From: Pocillopora damicornis
Lineage: Eukaryota
DNA: 64,000 nucleotides
Direction of reading: 5' to 3'
NCBI RefSeq assembly: GCF_003704095.1
Contig: NW_020844479.1
Span: forward strand, 1-64,000
Position 1 is the stretch's first letter; the number at the start of each line of letters is the position of its first letter. The position numbers and the translations under genes are program-made. Of the stretch, positions 1-9,867 are shown in pieces. The notes under the pieces are model-generated. The model made no database searches, had not been told where the DNA came from, and worked only from the letters and a program-made list of their open reading frames with translations.

Positions 1-107
1 AAGGCATTTTATGACTGGGCTACCACAGGTATCCCAGTAAATATTGGCGCCAGAAGCAGTTTTATGTTGCGAAGCTTGCGATTTTACATTGTGGTTCGAT
101 CGAATAC

Positions 108-423
108 TGTGGTGTAGAAGAGGATGAATCTTTGTAGAGTCATGACGAAATCACGTAAACCCTCTCGTGATATTACAGCAGAGAAGGAAGCTGGTGTAGT
201 GTGACCTTCAAGAATGATCTAGAAGTAGATGTGTCATGCTGAGTCATCCCTGAATGTATATATAAATAGAATCTATTGTAATGTTACGGAACGTTCTAGA
301 TCCTCAACCGTACCTATAAAAGCCGAGCATGTAACTAGATGTAGCGAGTAGTTTAGTTGCTGGTATAGCCCGTCAGATATCAATAAAGGTGTATGCTGCA
401 GAATACAAGACGTCCACACTTCA
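108..423 (+). mobile_element. LTR of an LTR retrotransposon (probably Gypsy-like 5' LTR), followed by a primer-binding site
   Basis: Runs TGTGGTGTAG...CCACACTTCA (TG..CA ends, imperfect inverted termini). Contains TATAAAA (~315) and AATAAA (~383). Followed after 2 nt by TGGTACCGTGA (426-436), close to the tRNA-His PBS TGGTGCCGTGAC. No gag/pol ORF or second LTR seen in the window. Confidence 0.62.
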
Positions 424-453
424 GCTGGTACCGTGAAATCTGGTTTTGCAGTC

Positions 454-558
454 GATAATAAGAAAAAGAAAGTGAGGAGAAAGGAAAGTCATTCACTGTA
501 CATCTAAAAAGTGTTGAAGAAAGTTCATCCAGATACTGGAATTACAACCAAATCCATT
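454..558 (+). pseudogene. Histone H2B fragment (end of N-tail, helix 1, loop 1) with an in-frame stop
   Basis: Translates [34 protein letters not shown], matching canonical H2B ...[27 protein letters not shown]. TAA at 505-507 replaces a Tyr. No similarity to the rest of H2B. Confidence 0.85.
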
Positions 559-1356
559 GCAAGAGACCAGCCAAGTGGAACTACGAAGATGAAACGTAAT
601 TCTGGGACTGGGACTGAATGTGCTAATACTCCAGTTCTATACGTTTTCTTTCTTTAGGTCACAACAACCACATTCGCCGCATCATTTTTTATGAAAACTG
701 TTGCTGGATTGACCATTTTGATTCATATGAGGGGGGATTCGTTAATGGGTTGCTTTAAGGTGCTTTCGATAAACAATTGATTTGAGGTTAATAACTGATC
801 AAAGTTATTCGTATCTGCCTTAATGGGCAATGACTATAGATACAAAAGTAAATGCAAAAATAATTTAATGCTATAAAAACTTGTCCAAGTTATTTTAACA
901 ATACATTAAATACTGTAAAATATAAACCAAAGAGAAACTCTCTCTCTCTAATATAATCTTAATGAAAATAATAAAAGTTTACCTGATGTTAAATTGACGT
1001 TCTGAAAGGATAGGTATTTAATGTTCGATAAAAAATAAGTGTAGTTAAAGGTTGTTTGTGTTCCTAACTTGTCCATTCAAAAAGAGCCGAGGTTTTGGTA
1101 CTGTGAGGGAGAGAATTCCTCCACTGGTTGCATTGAAAGCTTAGAATTCGTGTCCATTACGCCAATCCTTATCGCAAAAATAAAGCTACAGTTACAACCT
1201 TAATTTCTGCCGAAATCGTCTGAGGGTTTCAGCCCTCTAGGTACTTTACCTGTCATCCTAAATTGGATAAACTCGTTCGACTCTGTCTAATTTGTGAGAC
1301 TTTGAAATAAAACTTTAACGCCATTTTTCTTGTGTTGTTTTATTTATGATTACTAT

Positions 1357-1790
1357 TAGAGCATTTTTCAATTAAGTGCCGAATGTAATTCGGGATTGTT
1401 TTGTTTTTGCATTGTTTTGCTCAGTGATTGGTCCAGGAAACTCGCGCCAATCTTTCAGATCGGATGTAAAACTAAAGCCAATCACGACTTAGTCGCTCGC
1501 GTTTTCCCGCGCTTTTTGTGAGACCTCGTAAGGAGAGAAATATAAATCATAACAACATTAGCTTGGGACTCTCTTCCAACGACTCTCAGAGCTGAGAATA
1601 AACTTTTAAAGAGAATTATAATCATAATGTTAATGATAGAGCAATTTTCAATTGTGTGTCCAAAGTTATCCATAGTTGCTTCCTTTTTTTTTTTTGCTCT
1701 TCGCTTTGTGATCGGTTCAGAAAACTCGCGCCAATCTCTTAACCAATCAGACGCTAAAGTAAAACCAATCACGGAGTAGCTTGAGTTCAT
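1357..1790 (+). repeat. Two partial copies of a dispersed repeat (TAGAGCA-TTTTCAATT...GATTGGT...AAACTCGCGCCA...CCAATC)
   Basis: Copies at ~1357-1515 and ~1637-1790. The same family recurs at ~25915-26200 (+) and ~38510-38745 (-). Confidence 0.7.
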
Positions 1791-4396
1791 AACGTAAAAT
1801 GGGTTATTAATACCAATTTACCTTGTGATACTCTCCCACCTACGCAGTACTACAGTTTCTTTAGAAACTTACTCCCCTTATAAAACCAATCACAACTCTT
1901 TCTTCTGCGTTTTNNNNNNNNNNNNNNNNNNNNNNNNNNNNNNNNNNNNNNNNNNNNNNNNNNNNNNNNNNNNNNNNNNNNNNNNNNNNNNNNNNNNNNN
2001 NNNNNNNNNNNNNTTTTGAAGTGTACTACAAAGTTTGTTTACATTCCGATCATTCTTTGTGAATGACGAGGTTACATAACAAAATGTCATCTAATTCAAA
2101 TTTGCATATTGTTTTCCTTGAATCGTTTATTCTTTCTTCTAACACAAAAAGTCCGAAAGCCTATTTAAGATTTGTTTCCACAGTTAAAATTGGTAGGAAG
2201 TTTCTCAAGAACGCATTTTTGGTTGATAAACGAGTTCGTAAAGTTTTAACTTGGTTTTGATTGATGTTTGAGTTTTGGCTTAAATACGAACTACTTGCCG
2301 TAAAATAACTTGCCTGGGGAAGGGGAAGTTATATTTCAGGGGAAGTTTCGAAACGCCTCTTTAAAAATTTATTTCTTTTGATCAAAATAGTATCCGTGTT
2401 TTTGATTCTCCTAAGACGAAAAAATCTGAAAGCATTCTACTTTTTGGTTTTAACCTTCGACCGCCTCTACAGGCCAGCATGGTACGTAGGTAGACATTCT
2501 TAGCCTAACTAACCAACATAGATTTTGTGCATGCATCATCTCGAATCTTGAGAACAGCGGCCACATACACACATTCTAAGCCTGTTTATAGCAATCGTAA
2601 TTCTGTTACTTACCCGAGCTTAATTCTTTGTTTTCGTTTTCTTCCCATCCACTCCTATGCTTTATTTGGTAATTTTCCTCAAAGCTCTTTATCTAAAAAG
2701 GACCAAACCAACAATCTCGTTTATTCTAGTTCACATGCAGTTTGGGTTATAATCTGAATTCGGATAGACTTAGCCTTATACAGTAAAACAGTGCGAAAGT
2801 TTTCTGCCATGCAACCACATTTATCTTCGATGAATCAAACGCCTTTTCAGCTTGAACTAGTCCTGATTTATCTTTACATGTTTTACAGTAGATAGATTAT
2901 TTACAGGTGAACAGAATCATGGTGCACCAATCTCTATATGGTTTGGATAGACTACAATGCAGTTTATCGATAAAATTGCCCTTTATCGGTTCTGTAATAA
3001 TTTCATTTATCAACTCCCCCACGGAGACCCGAGTGAAGTATTTTTTGCAACGACCTAGTTCAAAACACAAGCACTGTTCAGAATTTTCTCATTTGAAAGG
3101 TCGACGACAATTTTCAAGTTGAACTCAACTCTTACCTTGTGTACTACAGCAGAAGACTTTCTGGGGAGCTGTCATTCATTGTCGAGTCTTCAAGCACAGA
3201 CCATTCCTCACAAGTTTCCAGCCACGCTTAAAGTCAGAATTTTTTTCCTTTACGACGTTTTCACTGAAAAGCGTAACAGTTCAGACCACGAGGAACCGTA
3301 AATGCAAATGATTGGAAAGATCCACACGTGAAAATTCAGACTTGCGAATGAACTGCGTGTGCGAGGTTGGTGTAAATTTGCATTCTAAGGTCTCAAAACG
3401 CTTATGCTGTTGAAAAAATGAAGGGGGGTGGGGAAGGAGGGGTCGGGAGAGGGGTTGGTGGTGTCTGCATTCTTCTTCCAAACTCGTGGAAAAAATTCTG
3501 ATAGTAATTTACATCAGTTATACTGATGAATAAAGAGGTTTGATTCAGTTTGACTTGCTGCTGAATATTGTAGAGAAAAAGCCTCTAAAATGCTACTACC
3601 GACTAATTATCCTCTTGGGATGATGCAATATTATAATAAGTAGGAACAATGCGCATGCGTACAGTAAAAGCTCCCACAATTGTGGGGGTTTGGTAAGTTA
3701 TATTTAATTGTGAAAACACATGTTAGGCTGAATGGTACGGCGATGCCCGGCATACGTGCTGAGTTACGGGGAGCTAAAGACCCGTGTTTCTCGTGATCAA
3801 GTAGAGAGACTCGCCTTGAATTTTTGGCTTGAGGGCTAGCCATCGCTTGTGGTGCCCTCGTAAATCAATTTCCTCTAGAATGAAGAAATATCGACGGAAA
3901 AAAGATTGGAAAAGATGCAAATAACCAATACTTATCTCCGTCTTTAAAGAGAATCTGTTACTTTCTTTCCCCAAAATTCCCCCTGCTCTCGACACTTCTG
4001 CATTCCTTGATAAGGTTGCAATAATACTGTGACCATGTCACACTCCTTTTTGCTAATGTCACGCCATAAGTGACGCGTGACACTTATAAAAAGAATTGTG
4101 TGACCGGTAGTTTTGGAGGTGTACAAAAAGTTTAGAGGATCCTTTAGAGGTCACTAAATTGCAAAGCTAAAAATTGCCACTTACTTACATTTCCCTTTTT
4201 TTAAATGGTTTATTAAGCATTATGTACAAAAAGCATTTGGCATAAATTAGCCTGCATTGCTGGTGGTTTTGCTGGCAATTTTGTGGGTGGTTTATAATTT
4301 CACGTCACCACACTTAGTAACAAGTGTGGAAGTTGCTCATCCCTTAAACTGATACAAATCTACCAGCTATACAGGCTAGACATAAATCAACAGAAA

Positions 4397-7300
4397 TTAG
4401 CTGGTGTCCATTGCAGAAGCTTCAGTGGTAGAGGAAGGTTCATCTGTATCAGTTTTGTCTTCTGTAGAGACACAATGGATGATGAATATTGAGTTAAGCA
4501 TTACAAAGAGAGAACATCTTGGTGCATTAACTCTCTGATCCTTAGATCTCAGAAGAGAAGGAACTTAACACCAGGATTGACAATACAAAAACATCTGTGA
4601 ATATGAGAGCTATTTTTGCAGTAACAAACAATAATTAAGCAGTAGCAAAAATAAATCTTGAAAAAAATTCTGGCCGGTATGGGATTTGAACCCATGGCCT
4701 CTGCAATACCTAGGCAGTGCTTTACCAACTGAGCTGACAAGCCAACTGGGAGATGGTCATCATGTTGGTTGTAAATACACCAGTGAAGTGATGATATTTT
4801 TACTATTTTTCCTTCACAGTCAAAAACATCTGTTCATATGACAGTCCGCCATCTATTCATATAATTATATGTGAGGTCCAACCCCTTGGAAAAATGTTTT
4901 AGAGTTGGCCACTATTGCTCAGGTCTAATACTGTTTCATTCAATACTGACAAATATGATAGACTAAATTTGCGAATCCTGCTTGTCAGTGCAAAAATAAT
5001 TTGTGATTTATATTCCACTGCATTTATACTTTTGACCCCTGATAGTGACTAATGTCCAATCTCTCCTCACCATACCCCCCCTAAATCACACATTAAAGTC
5101 ATGAGAATAATGGAAACGATCACTAACAAAAGAAAACCTTGATTGGATAAGAAATTCTCCTTGTCAGCACCTTTGGAAATGTATGGAAAACAGTATAGAG
5201 AATATACAAGCTGATGTTGGAGTGTGAAGAGTTACATAGAGAAGTCTCACCTTCTAGCATCCGTTGTAACTCGTGAATTGTGTTGATGAGAAGATGGAAC
5301 TGTTTCTGTCGCAGTTCAAGCTGGAAAAAAGGAAGAAAATATCCAATAACATAATTATACAATTGATATTTTCAAACTACTTATTTGTACTTGACTTTCT
5401 CTGACAACAAACAGAATTTCTGGCTCATAAAGTTCTTTAGGAACTGTCAAGTCTTATACCATCATGCCTCAAAACTCCTCACACATCAACATGCACATGG
5501 TTATCACGCCATTAAAAGCTCGGAAAATTGTGAAGAAAGGGATGATGTGTTTTACTTACTTTCCCATCCATGGGAGAGGCAGTATCCCTTGTTACCTAAT
5601 ATTAGGAAAACTTTGAGAAGGTCTGCAGATGGGGTCAATAAAAAAGAATATTTTTTTTATCCTTCCCTTGTTTTTTCCTCTGTAGTCTACAGTGCTCTTA
5701 CGTGTTTCAATTCTTTCACGCTTCTATCTCTCTGTCCACACAATTCTAACAAGAGCACTTTGAAGAAATTTGCTAATTTGATTCACCTACCTTGGATAAA
5801 AGACTTTCTTTAGTACTTGTCAGAGAACTGAGTTCTTTATCTAGTTCTTCAATTTGTCTGCAAAGAGAAAATTCAACTGAACAGTTAGATCCAATGTAAT
5901 AAAAAAATATACTACTTCCTCAATAAATATCTCTGGAAAACCTTGCCAGTTAGGTTAATACAAATGACTTGCTGATAACAAAAGGTTGTTGAATCATTTA
6001 AGAAGGCATATAAAAAATACAAAAATAATCCACACTTACTTTAGAGTTTCTTGCCTCTCTGGATGTTGGGTGATAACCTTAGCAAGTGCATCATATTCTA
6101 AATAAACATAAAAGTTGGTATTCAAAAGATGCTACTCTTTTTGTCTCAAGCCTGGACCCAAGAAATTCCAAGTCTCTCACAACGAATATGGGAAGATGGG
6201 AGTGGAGTTGGTATGATAGAATTTGGCAATTGATGAAAAAAAAGTTAAGTTTCTCTATGGAGTTTTCTGTCAAGAATTTCAAAGTTTACAGGAGGAAAGC
6301 AGAATTGAGAGTAAATGAAGCACCACAGTAATCAAAATGGCCTAACATAATTTCTGTTCAAGTACAAGTAACATGTATTGTTTACAATGTTCCTGTACCT
6401 TGTCTGTTTCTTCGTATCCTCTTTGCTTTCTGCAGCTCAGTCTTGCAGGATGCAATTTCCTCATAGGCATGTGAAATACTCTGCTCTGTTTTTTAAAGCA
6501 AAATGTTAACCATGTCACTCATGGGAAGTAACACCACAAATCATTTCATGTAAGTATCAACATTTCAACATTTAACCCTTTAACTCACGTGAGTGACCAA
6601 GACAGAATTTCTCCTTACAATATCAATACAATATTAATCAGATAAGTGATGAGAATAAAGAAAAATATCAATATGGGGTAACCAATTGATCCAATACTAA
6701 ATTCTCTGAACCAACATAAGAATTGTATGGTTGACAATAAGGAGTTTTTTCAAACTTCTTTTCCTGCAATGGCTCAAATTGCTGCAACCTGTAAAGATCT
6801 ATTCATTGAGCAATAATTTTTTACATTTAAAATTTACAATTTAAGTTACAAGCAAAAATTACTCTTACCTATTTCACTATAAATCTTCTCATAGTTTTCA
6901 GTTTCCAGCTCATTCATTTCATAGACAGTCTGTGTTTTACCAATAGCAAATTCACACTGAGCCAGTTGAATAAGCATTTTCTGATATGTGGCATCACTGG
7001 AAAAGGAAAAACAACAAACAAAATGAAAAGCCATGTAATGTATAGCCTGTTTTTCACTAGCGACACAAGCACAAATGTAAGTGCAAACCCAAGCTTAACA
7101 GCTCTTATTTCACCATGAAAACAGCCTCAACACATGCATAAACACAAACACAAGCACAAGGATGGAAATTTTTTTCTTTTTTCTTGTGATAATACTTGTG
7201 CTTGTCAAGTTCATTTTCATTTGGCATAATTACTTTATACTTGCGCTCATGCTTGCATTGCTGGTTAAAACCAGGCTCAACTTTAACTGGAAGAGCTACT

Positions 7301-8270
7301 TACATCAATGTTATTAAGGATGTTAGGCAAGCCATGATGGCAATAGTATTAAGGATGTTGCAAAACAAAAGATCTCATGAGCAGAAAAATAACTCAGCAA
7401 ATGTGCTTTAAAACTTTGTACATGTCTTAACCATTCTCTGCAAAACAACAACATGAAATCCCAAATATTTGTGTGATCAGAGAACCAAGACCCTGACAAC
7501 AAATTATTTGAGTTTCCATTTGGAATTCAACTCTGCTCATGTACATTATGCTGAAGCTGAGGTGTGGTGCCATAAGAGACAGTAAGAGACATCTAGCCTT
7601 TGCAAAATTCTTCCTTCGACTATAACTACGTTTTTTGATTTACATCTTCTTTGACATCGCTGTCCTGACTGCTTAAGGTCCCTATTAAATGGTCAATACA
7701 CTGAGAAAGTCGAAAACTATGCCATAGTCTGAAATTAAACTAATCTTACTTAATACAGTTTCATTGAGCCGTTAGTCACAGTCCTGAAAAGTCAAAAAAT
7801 GACCCATAATGTCCAAATCAAACAGTGAGTCGCTTACCTATAAGGAACACAGTCCACAGTATGAAGACTTCATTAACACCATAATATACAAATAGTGTAT
7901 TCGTAAACAGCTCTTCAGCTGACCGCGACCTTACAGAGACAAATCTTATGTAGCCACGCATTCTAGAAATAAGCTTTCCTACAAATCGCACATATAAATC
8001 TGAAGTAAAAAAAGGAAATCCTTGGATCAAGAAATATGAAACAGTACTAACTTGTCTTCCTCCTCGCCAGTAGAATTACACCATTTCAGGAATGTCTTCA
8101 AAAGCGCGGTAATTCTGCGATCATCACCCGCACCTTCTCCATCAATCAACAGCCTCTTCCGAATGATATCATCTTAAAGTAGAAAACACACACAATCAAC
8201 TTTATATTGACAACACAAAATGGAAGTGTTTTTGCGTTTAAGTCCCCTCTGACTCACCGTCGGTTGCCAT
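4397..8270 (-). CDS. THOC7: THO complex subunit 7 (8 coding exons)
   Basis: Exons 8258-8270, 8052-8172, 6869-6996, 6399-6485, 6040-6097, 5791-5857, 5251-5320, 4397-4461. All are GT-AG and phase-consistent. Protein MATDDDIIRKRLLIDGEGAGDDRRI...RIRRNRQEYDALAKVITQHPER...LELRQKQFHLLINTIHELQ matches THOC7 signatures. Confidence 0.95.
4590..4795 (-). mobile_element. tRNA-derived SINE-like repeat in the last THOC7 intron
   Basis: Minus strand reads AGCTCAGTTGGTAAAGCAC...GGGTTCAAATCCC (A-box/B-box-like) followed by a T-run. The stems do not pair as a proper cloverleaf. Confidence 0.65.
7313..7688 (+). repeat. Dispersed ~370 bp non-autonomous repeat
   Basis: Shares blocks (GCAAAACAACAAC.TGA, GTAAGAGAC, CTGA.TGCTTAAGGTC) with a second copy at ~47648-47995. 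Confidence 0.6.
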
Positions 8271-8345
8271 CTTGAAACTAACAGAATTGTGCACCTGCGA
8301 GAGTCTGGGAAATAATTTTCTATTCGTTCGATGGTGTAGATACAC

Positions 8346-9173
8346 ATGATTTGTCTACCAACACCAAGAATGGTTTCTGTTCGTAATGTTGTTATAATCG
8401 TGAAGCAAATCTTGGAAGAGTGGATTGTTCGGGAGTCTGGAATACTGTCCAAAACACAATGCGAAACCTTGCTACGTTCTGAAGAGACTATCACTACCTT
8501 ACCTACAAAAAGAGGAAATTACCCGAGATATCCCCTTTATGAGGACATTTCAAAAAAGTTACATCAGTGGCTGTCCACTGGGAATTTTCCTGTAAAAAGC
8601 GAAGCTTGTGGATTACTTTCGGAGGAAAATTTTGTTCAAGAAAGAAAAAGAGTTTATGAAAAAGTTTCGCTGGTACTGGCCTCCCTTAACGATTCTTGGA
8701 CAGAGATTTCTGATGAAGAAAAACATCTTCAGTTTTCTTCTATCATAAAAATTCTTGGCGTTAGAGGATTGCTTGATCTGCTTAATATTCGTCACACGCA
8801 AGGAAGTGTTGATATTTTTCCTCCTCCTGTTAAAGTTCTAATAGAATCCTTCAACGAGAAACACAAACCAAATGCCAATTTGACAGTTGGTGCAAGGGCC
8901 TTGTCTAAACACTGCCACAGGGATTCCAGTGAATGGTGGGGTGCCTGTGCGGGTAGTGAACAAGTTAAGAACGAACATGCTATTACAGTTGTAATGCGTA
9001 TACTAGAAGATGCTTCATGGATTAATATCCACCTACTGCCACATGAGCTCAAAGTTATTGAAGTGAGGTGCACTGAAGGTTACGGTGCAAGATGGAGTCA
9101 TGATGGAAAAGTTTTCCGTGGATTTCTTGAGCCTCAAATGGAGGATGGTCATGCAGCAGGATGGAAGCATTGA
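8346..9173 (+). CDS. Intronless 275-aa uncharacterised protein with a conserved C-terminal GARALSKH...GYGARW...GFLEP...GWKH domain
   Basis: Clean ATG-to-TGA ORF. The C-terminal ~100 aa resemble, from memory, the C-terminal domain of plant ASCH-domain proteins. No ASCH domain is evident here. Confidence 0.85.
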   Translation: MICLPTPRMVSVRNVVIIVKQILEEWIVRESGILSKTQCETLLRSEETITTLPTKRGNYPRYPLYEDISKKLHQWLSTGNFPVKSEACGLLSEENFVQERKRVYEKVSLVLASLNDSWTEISDEEKHLQFSSIIKILGVRGLLDLLNIRHTQGSVDIFPPPVKVLIESFNEKHKPNANLTVGARALSKHCHRDSSEWWGACAGSEQVKNEHAITVVMRILEDASWINIHLLPHELKVIEVRCTEGYGARWSHDGKVFRGFLEPQMEDGHAAGWKH

Positions 9174-9334
9174 ACTTGTAGCTCACTGTCAATTTAAATT
9201 CTTTTTTCTAGCTAATATATATTTTCTTGTAAATACTTCTGAGAATCTTTTCTAATCTCCTGTTTGGTGATCATTGTATAATTATAATTAAATTTTTTGG
9301 AGGGGAAATTTCATTTAAATCACCCCTCAAAGTT

Positions 9335-9485
9335 AGGGATCAATTTTGGTATCTAAGCAACTGCACACCCTACCTACCTATCCCTCCCTAAGCCCAACCA
9401 TAGTCAATTGATGACAAGTTAGGGTTAACATTGGGTTGGGGGAGGGGCTGGTATGCTGTTGCCCAAATTCTGACATTAATCTGAA
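9335..9485. repeat. Palindromic MITE-like repeat (CCCTCCCCTAAGCCCAAC...GGGTTGGGGGAGGGG)
   Basis: Imperfect inverted arms around a short core, downstream of the 8346 ORF. Confidence 0.5.
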
Positions 9486-9867
9486 GTTAGTGTTAAGGTT
9501 ACTGTAATATTTAGCAAGTTCTTAAGATAACTTACTTGTGAAAATCAATACTCTTCTGGTAAAGTTTTACCACATTATTTACTGATATCTGTCAACATAA
9601 ATGTTTATCATAAAAGTACAAATTGTTAGGAAATATACATATTTGGAAATGATCCAAAGAAGTAATAAACAGCAGTTTTCTATCGCATCAGCAGAATCCA
9701 TGCAAATGCATAGAACTGAACCTCTTTGGTAAAAGTCAATAATCTTCCGGAAGAGACACTTCAATCCAGTTATTTTGTTTATTAATAGACCGCTGGCTAC
9801 AAACGTGCCAGCGAAGGGGTTTTGAGAAACTCGTTCCCAGGCCGACAGAGGTTCTTGACCCATGTAA

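Noticed and set aside
3130-3700. Possible first exon and promoter of a minus-strand gene running off the left edge (AAG|GTAAG donor near 3136, GCGCATGCG near 3650)
   Set aside because: No downstream exon or recognisable product in the window, so it cannot be supported.
4668-4745. tRNA gene
   Set aside because: A/B boxes are present but the acceptor and anticodon stems do not pair, and it is embedded in a longer repeat. Treated as SINE-derived.
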